Assembly (NCBI RefSeq): GCF_009914755.1
Contig: NC_060939.1
DNA length: 64,000 bases
Reading direction: 5' to 3' (one strand)
From: the human T2T-CHM13v2.0 reference genome, Homo sapiens
A model generated the notes under the pieces. The model made no database searches. It was not told where the DNA came from and saw nothing but the letters and a program-made list of their open reading frames with translations. This document shows, piece by piece, positions 24,909 through 38,721 of the stretch; the first letter of the stretch is position 1; every line of letters begins with the position of its first letter. The translations under genes and the position numbers were made by a program.

Positions 24909-25597
24909 ATGAATCATTTGGAATAATAAAAGTTATAGAAATGGCAAATCAAGGATGTGTATTTTGGGCATAACAAATAGTTTAGCCAGGAGGAAATAGG
25001 CTATACTACATGTTGGCAAGAAGTAGGCTGAAAAGGTAAGTTGAAACCATATGCCAGAAGGCATTGAAGATCAGAGTAAAGTACTCGTAATTAAATTTCA
25101 AAGCAATTTTAATGATCAACGTGAGATAATATTTAAAAACGTTTATAAGGCATCTAACAGTGTATGTTACAGTGCAGGTACTCAATAAACATCAACTCCC
25201 TTAATTCAGTGGGCAGTGGGAGTCCTTAAAGATTACACAGATGCTAACAAATTCCAGGAGGAATGTTCCAAGAACATTGCTCACTGTGAAAAAGGCTAAG
25301 TGTGTTCAGTAATGGAAAATTACTTTGTTCCAGCTAGTAAGATGCTTGAAATGTGTAATTCCTTTTGGCCAGTAAACTGTTTATCCTGACTCAATTCAGT
25401 GTCACTAGAACCAAATTACCTTATTTCCTGATCCTGAATTAATCTTGGATTGATCTCTGAAGTAACAAAATTAGGATTTTGCTTTGTTTTGTTTCTGCAA
25501 TAGTAATAGGGTTGGGAGCTTTGAAAAGAGGCATTTACTTGTAAACTATTGCTAGTCCTAATGGTGCCCAGAAATGAAAAAAATATACAACTTAGCA

Positions 25598-25998
25598 TCA
25601 TAGAATATTAGAACTAGAGGGGAGTATAGGGAATACAGTGATCATAGTTCTTCACCAGAATTCTGGAAATGACAACCCTCAGAAGATCCCGATGTTTTGT
25701 GAATTCGAGGCGCCTGTGAATGTAATTCGAAAACAGAGTTGCTAGAAATTCCAAGATATTCTAAGAGTTTGGATAGGAGAAGAGAAAGAAAGCTAGAAAA
25801 TGTCACTCTCTTTCAGAAAATCCAGGCACATGGATGTGGTAATTAAATTCATCTAACCCAGCTCTTTTGTTTGGAGATGCAGAAGTTCAGCCCTAGAAAT
25901 GTAAAGTGGTTGCCCGTGGACACTCAGACTACTAGGAGCGCTTGTGGGATCAGAATCTGAGTCTTCTGACTTTTGGATCTATTCTTGTTTTACTACCA
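25598..25998 (-). mobile_element. MIR3-like SINE, apparently split by about 210 bp
   Basis: ATCATAGAATATTAGAACTAGAGGGG near 25598-25625, then TCATCTAACCCAG...GAGATGCAGAAGTTCAGCCCTAGAAATGTAAAGTGGTTGCCC at 25849-25998. Confidence 0.5.
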
Positions 25999-27546
25999 GA
26001 CTTCATCGAACTTTTTCATTTTGATGAAGTAGATATTCTTCTTATGAATAAAAAATCCAGAAATCAGTGTTAGAACAAATCTGAAGATAAACGGCATTGA
26101 ATATATTAACAGAGCCTCAAAGCAAAACAGTTTTCATCCCATGGTATTATATCTACTGCAGATACCATTATTTATTTATAGCTATTTCTGCTCAACTATC
26201 ATACATTTATATATACACATACACATCAAATGATGACACTTGTCTTACTTTTTTAAGGTGCCTATCTTATGCTTTACAAATCCAGGCACAACAGAGGAAT
26301 TTGCTCTGCTTGGATTATTTTGGAAGATTCCTCACCTATATAATAACTGAGCTCTGTTTATAGAATATTTAATGAGCTCTTACCACATGTGCCAGGAAAC
26401 ATTCTAGGTAATGATGATTCCACTTAAGAAATCTTCTTAACTTAAAAAGACAATAAAATAATTATTTAGACCGGAAACCACACTGCACTGTGAACTGAAC
26501 CACTTGTCATGTATCACAGCTATACAGTATTCAAAAAGCATGCAAATGTCACTATAATGTGTATCACAGAAATGACCATCCCTCCTCACTGGGGTGTGAC
26601 ATAGGTGGATCATTGAGCATCCCCATGAGGGGAACCTCTCCAGAAGGAATGAGTCCCTCCCTTGGTCCTACTTTCTGCCTCCCTTTTCCTTCCTGCCCCG
26701 TGTGTACCTCTCCTGTCCTCTTCACTTGAAACATGCCAATCTGCAGTGATTAGCCACTTCCCAAGATTAGGACTGAGCATCTGATTGCAAAGTTTTCAAG
26801 CTTTCTCTTTGCAGTTGTTCAAAGCTCATCTTGAGAATTGAGTTCCCCCAATCAACTCTGCATGCAGTTCATAGTCTCTGCATTAATGAGGCAGGTAGGC
26901 AAATGCTGGGCAGCCCCAGTGAATAACCTCAGCAAGCATGGCTGCTACAAACCTCCCACTGCAATTTTTGTGGGAGGACTGTATTTACCTGCCCTGCTTT
27001 AATGGAGGTGGGGGGGCGTGGTTAACAATTCCAAGGCTGAGTATTACCGAGAAGATCCTCTTTTATATTTCAGAGGCTCGTTATTCTTCCTATTTTAATG
27101 TCTTCCTCTGTCAAACATACCTATAGTGGTAGCATGTACCTGTTGAGTTGGTGGGGTTTCTTATTTGACTTCTTTCTTCAAGTCATAGTAGGAATGATTC
27201 TTGCTTGATATTATCAGCCCTTGAGTAGGAAGAAAGCAGGGACAAAGAAAATCTATTCTCTTTCTTTTTTCTTTGCAGCTTTAGATCATTTCCTCTACGT
27301 TTAATTGTTCTAAACTATTGCTTTCCATCTTCCTTTTCATTCTTCTTGCCTTTTCTTCCCTTTCCTATCTTTATTTATGCTTTTGTCTTTTGTTTTCTGC
27401 ATTTCCCTTCCAGTCTTTCTTTATCCTGTAAGCTTTTCAGGAAGCCAGAACAGCAACTAATCAAATAATAAGGTCATGGTTAGAGAAAGGGCATGGGCAG
27501 ACTTGGGCTGGACAAAATACATTCAGTCCCTATTTAAGAAATATTT

Positions 27547-27851
<305 letters not shown>

Positions 27852-28849
27852 TTACTCATAGTGACTGGCCTAAAATAACTAGTCAGCATTAGATCACCAA
27901 TAACACTCCCATTTTTGCAGATGAAGAAACAACCTCAGGAGGCTGCATTTGGCAATAATACAGACAAGAGTATTGAGAATAAACTCGGAGTTCCAGGTTT
28001 TTTCTGTTGTTAGACATGTGTCCCAATTCTTCGACTGCAAAACATTGCTATCCTAAAGTTAGATGCTTGCCAATAATAATGGATATCCCCAGCAGCATGA
28101 GAGTTCAGACATCCCGAACATTTCTGGTGAAATTTTTAGCCAGCTGTTAAAGGAAATTTTGTATGACATCTCAACCTACAAAAATGTTTTGCGTACAAAC
28201 TTCTATTCAGATTTCCTGCTCAGCTAGTGTTTACATCTTCACTGTGCCATAAGAGGCGGTGAAAAGAAACAAGAAATTAAACTGCCTTCCTGTTTCAGGA
28301 AGCTGGGCCCAGACACGTCTCTATATGTAATGGCAAGAGCCTTGCCCTAAGAAAACCCCTATTTTGCCCCTGTTGAGTAATTGTGCTAGGAATTATATTT
28401 AGGACCAGCCTGGCTGAGGGCAAAATTGTGACATTGAAGGGATAATCTCCTGCTTAGTCACCAACTACTTGATTTTTATTTAGGAGGAGAATTGGGGAGA
28501 CTGCAACTAAGAGAATGCTTTCAAACAAAGCAAGCCTTACTGGTTTGATGGCATCTTTCTGAAACCAGAGCTGTGTAGGGGGAGCAAGACAGACAATAAC
28601 CATGAGTATATATACCACTAAGTGGGTACACTACAGTGCTGAATTTCTGTGTTCTTACAGAATTTTTTTCTTAGAGTTATCAAAATAGAGCTAAATTGCT
28701 CTCACTGTGATCCACGCCTGAGAATTCCCTCCTTGTTTTGTTCTTTCTCCCTATTCTTTACATCTAGGGAATGTATGTTCCTCACATGAACAGCAAATGA
28801 AGCTACTCAATGTAAATGTATTTTAAGTGTTTGAAAGAAAAGTGCTTTC

Positions 28850-29268
28850 CAAATTATCATCCCATGGCCTTCACATGGCTCTTACACGACCCTAAATAAG
28901 TTACCATGTAGGATGTCCAACTACCCTGAGGCCACCATGCTGGGAGAGTGCCCAAGCCACATGGAGAGGCCACTCGTAGGTAATCCAATCAGTAGTCCTG
29001 ACTGGACTCAGCATTGGAGTCACACGAGCCCACCCATCCAGCATATGAGTCCAGAAGCCTCCAGAAGATTCCAGCAGCGAGCCAACCCATTCCGTCAGCC
29101 TCCACGTCTTCCCTACTGAAGCACCAGAAACCACAGAGCACAACCAAGCCCCTTCTGCCATGGCCTTTCCAAATTCCTGACCTACAGAATCCGTGGGCAT
29201 AAGAAAACAGTTATTTTACACCATTAAATTCTGGAATGGTTTGTTATAAAGCAAGAATAACTGGAACC
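28850..29268 (+). mobile_element. MLT1 (G/H-like) MaLR LTR
   Basis: CCCTGAGGCCACCATGCTG...AAGCCACATGGAGAGGCCAC...AAATTCCTGACCTACAGAATCCGTG...TTTGTTATAAAGCAAGAATAACTGGAAC. Confidence 0.8.
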
Positions 29269-29534
29269 ATCACCATCATCAACAAGTTTTGATTTTCTGA
29301 AACACTAAGTAATTGTACATAACACTAGGAGTAAGTACAAACACCATTCAAACACAAAATCACGTAGATTTGTATAGAGCTACACATATTCTCAAGCACG
29401 TCAGGTCTCAGGCTTCCTAGAGGGCTGCCTGAAGAGGGCAGCCGACTTGGGCTGGAGAAAATACATTCTGATAAGAGGTACTGAGAACACACTATCCCCT
29501 CTGCGGTATTCCCATCAAATAATCCTTCAGACAG

Positions 29535-29854
29535 TGTTTTAGTCTGATCGGGCTGTTCTAACAAAATACCATGAACTGAGTAGCTTATAAACAATAGAAA
29601 TTTATTTCTCACAGTTGCAGAGGCTGGGAAGTCCAGGACCAAGGAAGACTTGATGTCCGGTGAGAGTGCACTTCCTGGCTGATAGACGACCATCTTCTTG
29701 CTGTCCTCACGTGGCAGGAGGGCTTAGGGAGCTCACCAGTGTCTCTTTTATAACAGCACTCACCTCCCAAAGGCCCCACCTCCAAATACCAGCCCATTAA
29801 GGATCAGATTTCGACATATGAATTTGGGGGGATGTAAACATTCAGTCTATAACA
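29535..29854 (-). mobile_element. MLT1A-like MaLR LTR
   Basis: TGTTTTAGTC...GAAATTTATTTCTCACAGTT...GGCTGGGAAGTCCA...CACCTCCCAAAGGCCCCACCTCC...AACATTCAGTCTATAACA. Confidence 0.88.
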
Positions 29855-30962
29855 TTTAGGGTGAACCTGTGAGAACCCAGATAGCTTCGTAAACTGGAGC
29901 ACTGATGCAGGTTCCCAGAGTCCTAGAGCTGCACTTGGGCAGGTGCCAAGAACAGGAAAGTTTTTCCTTCTCTATTTATTCCTATATATTTATTCTCTGT
30001 TCATTCTCTGAATGAATATATACTATTATTACATGAAAATATTTGAATTCTTTAACGTTTTCTGAAACAAATACAATTAGTTAAAATTTTCTTGAAAATT
30101 GCTTTGGAAAAATGAATGCCTTAGAGTACAACTGTGGTGTGTCTCTTTATCTCTAAGATTACTTAAAAGTATCACTTAGACTGAACTTCACTGACTTTAT
30201 TTCCTCTTTCATGTACCTGGTGGCCTGGAATTAACTCTGTTAAAATAATAATCTAAAATAATGCACACTGTCAATGGCTTTCAAATAACTTGGGTCAGCT
30301 TGTTCTTTCTTTTACTATAAACAGCCAGTAGATCTAACACTGGAAAACATTAAGACAAAAAACAGTCTGACCTATTCCAGCCTGGTCATGGCCATCTAAT
30401 TTCCACTCCACTGTTTATAATGTATACACTATTCCAACATCTTGGGTATAAAGAGCTGCGTAATATATGAGCTCTATTCTGCTCCTAGCTGCTTACCCTG
30501 GTTTCATACATCTCAGAAATTACAAAATCAATGAGATAAAGTCCACCCTAGCTTCCATTCCCCCTTCTCTGCTGCATGTTTCACTTCAAGAAGCCAAAGG
30601 CATGCCTGAACCTACAGAGTGAGACCCTTTGAAGATTGGAAAGGAAGAGTCTCTTCCAACACCTTGATATCATAGTTCCCTGACCTAGCGAATGGTCCTC
30701 TTCCTACCCGTGTCTGGACCCTCTCTGCCTCTTCAGCCTTATCTCTCCCCATCCTCCCCCTTGTACCTGGGGTTCTAACCATTCTGAATGTGGGTGCCTG
30801 CAGTTCCCACCCAGGTTGAGTGTTGCCTCTGGGCCATCATCACTGCTCTTGCGGCAGTACCCATCTTCCAGCCCCACCTCCACCCTCAGCCCTTGTGTAC
30901 TGGCAGGAAATAAATTACCGCAGTGCAATTCTGACGTTAAGGTACATCTTTTTGTTGCCTCT

Positions 30963-31203
30963 CCTTTTTTAGTTTTAAAAAAATTCAAACTTCTAGAAAA
31001 GTTGAAAAATATTATAATGAACACCCATATAGATTCACTAATGGTTATCTTGCTATGTTTGGCTTTATCTCTATTTTTCTATCTCTCTTTTTTTTTCTCC
31101 CTTTGGCTAATGATTTGAAGGGAAGTTGGGCAGAGCCATCAGGCCATTTCATCCCTATATGAGCAAGTAGCTCCTCAGAACAAGGACATTTTTATAGTAC
31201 CAC
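30963..31203 (-). mobile_element. L1MC4/5-like 3' end
   Basis: AAATTCAAACTTCTAGAAAAGTTGAAAAAT...AATGAACACCCATAT...CTCCTCAGAACAAGGACATT. Confidence 0.7.
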
Positions 31204-31204
31204 T

Positions 31205-31475
31205 TCTTGAAGGCCTTCCTGGCATCCTTTTCCTCCACATAAATGAATTCCTTACCGCTTATTTTAAAATTTCCTCTCCACATTTTTCGCATATACATCT
31301 TTATCTCAGCACTTATAACCCTTGCATGGAGTTGTTTATAAGTCTGTAACTTCTTCATCAGCTGTAAACTCCTATGGGCAGGGCTTCTTTTATTTTTCTC
31401 TGGATCATTAGTGTTTGGCATAATGCCTGGCATATGGTGTGTGTTTAACTGTTAGCTAAATGAATGGCTGAATGA
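31205..31475 (+). mobile_element. L2 3' end
   Basis: CTGTAAACTCCTATGGGCAGGG...TGGCATAATGCCTGGCATATGG...TAAATGAATGGCTGAATGA. Confidence 0.7.
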
Positions 31476-33934
31476 TGATAGCCCTCCCTTGCTTTCCCAT
31501 CCCAAAACTCCAAAGCCCCTGCTCCCCTTGGCCATCTGCTATGGCTGCCTTGACAATCCATAGAGACTTCCTTTATTATTCTCCATGGCTACTATTCAAA
31601 ACTCTTATCCTTCTCTTACCCTAGCCTTTTCCATTTCACTTTCAAAAGATGACCCCACCGATCTCCTTATGCATAGATATAAATTCCTCTGTCAATCTCC
31701 TTCTCCTCCATACCTGTATCTGCCCTTTCCTTCTCAACACTTTCAGGGAAAGAAATGTTCTTCTTCCTCAGCTGAGCCATACTTCCATCTGTGCTCGATC
31801 ACATCCCTTCTCATGTGGTCTACAACAAACCGCCTTGAAGTCTGACCTGGACTTGAAGCTGAAGTCTAACGCTTAGCAGCTGTTACCAACCCATCTTCTT
31901 CCAGACAAAGGGAATTGTATTGTTCTAGGAAATTGTGAGGTTTTGATAACTTTTGTCAAACAACTCCTGACATCCAGTCCCTGTCCTTGTTCAGTTCCCC
32001 AGAGCACATCAAGTTCTTTCTGTCATTCCTCGCCTGTGGACACACTGTCCTCTGCCTTTCTTCTTCTCCAACTGGAGAAATTCTGTGCATCCTTCAAGAC
32101 CTTGTTCAAATGGCATACTGGCTGTGAAGCATTTCTGGAGCATCACTCCCTCCTCTTGGCCACCCTGGCGCAAAATAGAATTAGTCAGTCCCTTCTCTAT
32201 GCTCCCTTAACTTCCCATAAATACTGTTAGGAAATATTCTTTGTGTTCCATTGTGAACACCAGTTGAGGGTCTGTCCCACACACCACATTATGAATAGTA
32301 ATGTGTTCTTCATGACTGTCTTACACACACAGATGCTAACTTCACCGCAGAGAACATGGTACCTTATCTGAGAAGTAATTAGCCCTTAAGAAATTTCTTA
32401 AGGAAGAGGGCATGATTTCATGATTTCATTGTGTCTGTCCTTGCCTGCTTAGTGCTGTGCCTGATCACAGAACCAAGGTCAGGAGTCTTGGCTAATGCAT
32501 AGCGGGAAGCAAGCAAGACATGGGGGAGAATGCACATGGGGAAGGCATTGTCTTAATGATTTCTTCCCAGCAGTGTAGACTCTCAATGAAGCTTAGTAGG
32601 TTTTCTGTTCCTGTGATGAGCACAAGAAAAATCTTCAAGGGATTAAAGTATTTAAGGGATTAAGTTTGAGGAACAAAAGGAATTTCCAGTGCCTTTTCCC
32701 CATACAAACACTTCCACACTTATAAATCCTCTCACCTCCCTCTTTCCTGACTCCTCATTTTTAAAGGGCTGCTATTAAATTCCCAAGTCCAGTGGGAATT
32801 TTACTAGTGGATATCTGGTCTTTTCTACTACTCTGTCAATTTCTAAGCATTAGGCAATCTTTTTGTTGCAAGAAATATTATGCAGTAATGTTTTGTAGGG
32901 ATTTTGGTTTCCATTTAATTACTTTCTATAAGTATATTTCCTAAACCAAGTTTATATTCTTAAGGAAAAAAAGTGATATTGTTGAGATGATAGCTTTGGA
33001 TTTAGATATTTTCGTAATAGAATACAGAAAAAAATTGTGTTTTTATTCCATTTTCAAAGAAATCAGTGGTGGGTTTTTTCCTTCTAATTTAAACATTTCC
33101 CTGCAGTGTTGATAACTCAAAGCAAATCTCATTACACATAGCACATAAGAACCAGAAAATGATGCTGAATTGAGTTAGAAAAGGAAACTGAGTAGTTTCA
33201 GCTAGATATGATAGTTGTTCTAAGATTTTTTAAAATACGTACCATTTTGTTTGTCACTATGCTGGGCAACATAGGGTTTCCAAGAGAGCTGTCAAAAGTG
33301 ATCCAGATCCTTAAAGGTATATACAAAATGTGGACATATTGTAAAATACAAAGTGATGCAGTCTAGTATTTGTTCCTGTTGGCAAGTATATAAAAGGTGT
33401 AGGAAAGACCTACGAGAATCAACATAATGAGAAAGCCTAAGGGCTAGGAGGAGAAACTTAAGTAGGAAAACAGGTAGGATTCAAATTGTTAGACAAACAT
33501 CAGACAAAGGAAAAGTGATGATGACCACTGGGAATAAATCAGCCTGGCTGGAGCACTGGATAATGGAACGTATTCGGGGACTACAAATGGAAAGCTTCAG
33601 TTGATAAGGAATCTGGACAATGGATTCAAGTAGTCAGTGAGCAGGAAAAAAAAAATCATGTTTTTTAATACCACAAAGGATGGATTGAAACGGGAAAAGT
33701 TTGAAGGCAGGAATAGCAGTTTGAAGGCTATCATGATATTTTAAGTTTGAAAACCTGGTGGTGGTAGCAATAAAACGGAATTGAAGAGATGTGAAAGAAG
33801 CAGCGATAAGGCTTGGAAACAAGATCAATATAAGGGCCAGCAAGAGAGAAATAATGTGAATGGCAGGGAGTAGAATAGGAAGTAAGGACATTCTGCTTTG
33901 TGGATGTGTGTGGGTGAGGATGTTTGTAAAAATA

Positions 33935-34262
33935 ACAAATACTACTATTTATTGAGCATTTACAGCATGCCAAATAGTCTGCTAATAATATTACAAACAT
34001 TTTATATTGTGAGCATTGTGTACCAAACATTGTTCTAAAACCATTACCTCTATGAACTCATGGAAGACTGCTAACATCCCTCTATGATATTATTATCACA
34101 TATAATTCTTATAATATCCCTTTGTGATATATTTATCTCCATTTTACACATGGGGGATCCAAGACACAGAGATGTAAGCGACTTGCCAGAGGTCTCACGC
34201 AGAGCCAGTATTCAAAACCAGGAAGCCTGGCATCAGAGCCTGAACTCATACCACTGTGCTTT
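33935..34262 (-). mobile_element. MIR (MIRb-like), possibly two overlapping copies
   Basis: ATTTATTGAGCATTTAC...TATCTCCATTTTACACATGGGGGATCCAAGACACAGAGATGTAAGCGACTTGCC...CTGGCATCAGAGCC. Confidence 0.75.
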
Positions 34263-37231
34263 CCTGCTAAGCATTTTGTGTCTGACGTTGTCATACCACT
34301 GCAAAACCCAACCACAGTGAGAAATGGCTTTCCTGATCATCCCCATTTTCCCTATCGGAAACAGATTCATAGAAAGTGAGGTATTTGCCGGAATATCTAA
34401 TCTTCTGTTGACTACAGACCACAAAAGCTTATAAGAGAAGAAAAAGCCGAAGTTATACATAAAAGTCAATCACATGGTAACTTAAACTCTAAATAGTGCA
34501 AATAGGAAGGTAGGGTTATATCCTCAATTTTAAGAAAAATATTATATATGCCAATAGTATTTTAATTAACTTGAAATAATTATATTACTGGTGTAATTTA
34601 TTCTGTCACCAGGTTGTATTAAAATTTTTATCAGCAATCTTGAGTATGTGTATTGATGATATCAATAAAAACATTTGGACTAGGCTTTCTTTTCCTAATT
34701 GCATTCAGCTTCTCTTTCTGGTTCAATAATGGTAATTATATAGCATCAATATGAAAATTTCACTCAACTTGAGGTGTTCTTTTTTATTTTTCTAGTCCAG
34801 GCAATGTATTAATAATTAGCATAATAATTCAGTGTAACATAATATAACCTAATAATATTTAATCATATTAATAATGTAAGTGGCAAAACTTAAATGATAT
34901 TTGGAAATGTTCCTAAAATTTTTACAAATTGGTTGGGTTACCCAAAAGGCAAGGAATTTTTTCAAATGGGATTTTTATTGCGAGCCAACCCCTATAGCTT
35001 CTGGTGCCTACGGCAGAAAGATCCTTCATTTCCCTAGTTGCTGTCTAAAACACAGGAGGACCATTTTCGTGGGTTTCATCAGGTCATGAATGACATATGC
35101 CCCTAGCTTGGTGACTCTTTTCTCACCCCGAGAAAATCCCCCAAAGGCCAGCTATCCACTTGAGCCACGTCCCTACAATTACTCCTTGCAAAGGGAAAAA
35201 AGAACTAAATTATTTGCAAGAGTAAAATCTGTACCCAATCATAAGAAGCCTGAGGCTAAAAATCTGTTGTACACTTTTCTTCTTTCTGAAATAATATTAA
35301 GCTCAGGCATATATAATTATACAGGAACCACCAGGCTGTGAAGGATGAGAAAATATAACACAATTATCTCTTCACAAACCTCAGCTGAAATCTGACAGAA
35401 TCAACATGAGCTGAAACACTCCTCCCCCTCCTCCTTCCCTTCTCCAACTTAACCCCTGCCTTCAAATGGCTGTCTCCCAGAATCCACGTCTGGGAATGCT
35501 GCCTACATGCTGCCTATCACAGAATGACCGGGCAGGTCCAGAAAACATTCAGTGGAAGATGTCACATTCCATCCAGGGATAAGGTTTGCAGGGGAACCTC
35601 GTTTTGATGCAGTGGGAACACTGTAAGCTTCATAATCAGCTGAAAAACAACCCAGTCTATGGGGCAAGACCAGCCCTGCTCAGGAACTTGCAGCAGGAAG
35701 GAAAAGGAGGGAGCTGTCACGTGGGGGGAGAATTAGCCTCAGAATAACTGGAAGACAGATTACGGAGAGAGACCAGGGAATTAAGTTTGCAAACTAGCCT
35801 GATGCCTGCAGAAGTGCCCTCCTACCCCCAGGATAGCTTACAGGCATATCACTGTAGAAAGGCCTCTGCAGGAGGAGTAATGCTACGCTTCCATTCCTTA
35901 GGCTATGTCCTCAGGCTGTGCCCTCTGTGCAGTGCTTTCTCAAGCTAGTATTTCTATGTCTTGACACCTCTGCTTCTTATGTCATTGTCTCCTATCTGAT
36001 TCAATCTTTGCATCCATTCCTTTTGGCGGGTTTGTCTCATGTTGTCCCCGGACACTCTCTTTCTATCTCTCTTCACACTGCAGCCCATGGGACAGCCGTG
36101 TCTCAACACAAAACCAGCACTGGCTCCTGGGACCCCATCTCAGATCAAGTGCCCCAGACCCCCTTGGGTCTGAGCCCAATTAAAATGAAATAGGGAGAAT
36201 ATGCTGTTGGCAACAGAATATTTCCAAATAAGAACTGAGTGTCTATTTCAGAAATCAGTTTTAGGGTAATTTTCACATCTGAAATGTCAAGCCTGGCTTT
36301 CTTTCACAGAAAGGTGAGTGTCGAGGAAGGTTGGAAGGAAAGACGTAGCTTGTGGGAAAAGCGACTGATTCCTCAGACACCATTATTGTCATCAGAAGTC
36401 ACTGGGGCCATTTTAAACCCTTGTAATTCAACCTGACTAAAGCATGGTCTTTGAGAAAGCTTGATCCATGTCGAAAACATTGTCAATAAACTATTCTTTG
36501 ATTAAGAGGATAACTTGAAATTTCCACCCACAGGGTCACATTTGCCTCCTTTAGTGACATTCTGACTGCCTCTGCTTTCTCTTATTCTATGTGCAGCCAC
36601 TGTGCTTGGAAGGGTGAGGGTTCTGCGTATCACCACTCAGGATCACTCATTAGACCTTGCCTTTTAAACCGAAAGGCTAAATTACATCTTCAGAAGCAGT
36701 GCTGTGTAGCCAAAAGCAAGCTTAGGGGAAAGGGCTGGCAGCTGGAGGAGGATGGCGCTTTTGTAGTCTCAGAAAGAATTGTGTACATGAGGATTAAGGT
36801 GCAGCTAATTATAGGAGCAGACTATGGAACTGACACCATTTTGCAGCTGCCCCTTTATTGAGGATTCACTGCGCATCCGAATCCCTTCCCCAGCAGAAGT
36901 GGGAATTCCTGTTAGTTGAGGGGTTAGCCAATAATTAGCACCTGCCAAATTCTAGGTCTCTTAGAAGACCTCCTGGCTCAGTGATCTAAGTGAAAACGAA
37001 TGGTGAGCCTCCGCATGAGCAAATAAAACAGGCTAAGTTACATAACAGCATATCAGCAATGTAAGCCACAGAGGTGTTCGATCCAGGAGTGACCTTGGTG
37101 TCATAAAGCCACACAAAAATGTTTCTGAGGTTATTGGCTGTTTGGCATTATCAACACTATTATTTTCTAGTTGGCATACATAATTTAGGATGATTTAACT
37201 CTCCAACTTTCTGATTCTTTTCCTTGGCCCT

Positions 37232-37616
37232 TGTGATGGGTGAAATTGTGTCTCCCTTGAATTTGTATGTTGAAGCCCTAATCCCTAGGACCTCAGAATG
37301 TGACCATATTTGGAGAGAGAGCCTTTAAAGAGATAATTAAGTTAAAATGAGGCAATTAGGGTGGGCCCTCATTCAGTCAGACTGGAGTCCTCGCAAGAAG
37401 AGGAAACTTGGACACACAGAGAGACCAGAAGGGCACACACCGAGGAAAGGCCCTGTGAGGGGCACAGCAGGAAAGTAGTCATCTGCAAGACAAGGAGAGG
37501 GACCTCAGGGAAAACTAGCCTGCTGACACCTTGATGTGGGACTTCCAGCCTCCAGAACTGTAAGAAAATACCCAATCTGTGGTATTTTGCTATGGTAGAC
37601 TTGGCACACTAATGTA
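37232..37616 (+). mobile_element. MLT1B-like MaLR LTR
   Basis: TGTGATGGGTGAAATTGTGTCTCC...CCTCAGAATGTGACCATATTTGGA...AAGTTAAAATGAGG...GACTTCCAGCCTCCAGAACTGT. Confidence 0.88.
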
Positions 37617-37649
37617 CTCCCCTCCCTAAGAGGCATTGATATCAATTAG

Positions 37650-38535
37650 TATTGTGTTTTTCTTTATATAAGAAAAAAATCAGAATAAATGACAGCTTGC
37701 AGAAAACCAGCATTTATTTTGTATGGCAATTCCATGATCATCAGAGCTCAACTTCCTTCTGTCTTTCTGTTTCACCATCCTGGCACTGGCTTCTGTGGTG
37801 GTTCTGGGCTTATTTGCCCTCAGAGGCATCCCTACCCCTTTCCCTGATGTGCCCTGTACTGCAGGGAAGCTGGCCCCTGTAGCTTGTATTGCTCTGGTTC
37901 TTGAGATTATTGGCTTCCTGCTGAGTTTTGCCAGTGGGAGGCATTGGCCAGAGTTTGATGGAATGGGGAGGGGGGAGGGGGGAGAAGCCTTTCTGCCTTG
38001 GGCTGCCCCTGGCAGTGGCTGTGTCTATTTGGGGCTCTGGCTCCTACAGGCTAGGCCCACTGTGTTTCAGCTTCTGTTGGGTGACTCTGCAGTCGGCTCC
38101 AGCAAGACACTCTCTCTCCTTTGCCTACCCGCGGCATTGGTAGTGGCTAATCTCTTGCTAATCTCTAGGTTTTCTCACCATTTTGTTTGGCTTCTCAGCT
38201 CTTCCAGGATCTGTGTAACCACTTCCCCCCTTTAAATTCAATCAACATTAAATGTGAAGTATGATTTTGCTTTCCTGGTTAGACCCTGCCTGATGCAACT
38301 TCTATACTGGAGATCACCTCATTATCCAAGCTAGCTGCTAAAACTGCACCCATCATGTCTAGTTCTAGGACATAGGACAGAAGGAGAGAGAAAGTAAAGT
38401 AGAATGAAAAGGTCTTGCTTCTTGGCTAACTCAGCTCCTTTAAGCAATCTTTTGGAAAAATCGCACACATTTCTGCTTATACCTCATTGGTCAACAATTA
38501 GTGCCATGACTACCCCTAGAAGCAAAGGAGGCAAG
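37650..38535 (-). mobile_element. Old MLT1 (J/K-like) LTR, split by LTR33
   Basis: TCCTTCTGTCTTTCTGTTTCACCATCCT before the insertion; ACATTTCTGCTTATACCTCATTGG...CATGACTACCCCTAGAAGCAAAGGAGGC after it. Confidence 0.55.
37794..38297 (+). mobile_element. LTR33-like ERVL solo LTR
   Basis: TG...CA termini, internal TGGCTTCCTGCTGAGTTTTGCCAGTGGGAGGCATTGGC, end TTTCCTGGTTAGACCCTGCCTGATGCA. TSD-like flanks GCTTC/ACTTC. Confidence 0.75.
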
Positions 38536-38721
38536 TTTTCCATATAAGCAAAAGATGGGAAGTTACAATTTCTGCAATTTTACGAATTCTGACATTAAAT
38601 TGTTCCTCCAGTCAAACTGAGATTAATGGCTCTCACTTGCAGCAATTGAGGTACCCTGCTAATCCCAAATAGTTTACTCAGCAAGAAATAGTGTGAACCC
38701 GAGAGCCAATGCAGGCTAGGG

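Noticed and set aside
37795-38235. 146-aa hydrophobic ORF resembling a membrane protein
   Set aside because: It lies wholly inside an LTR33-like solo LTR.
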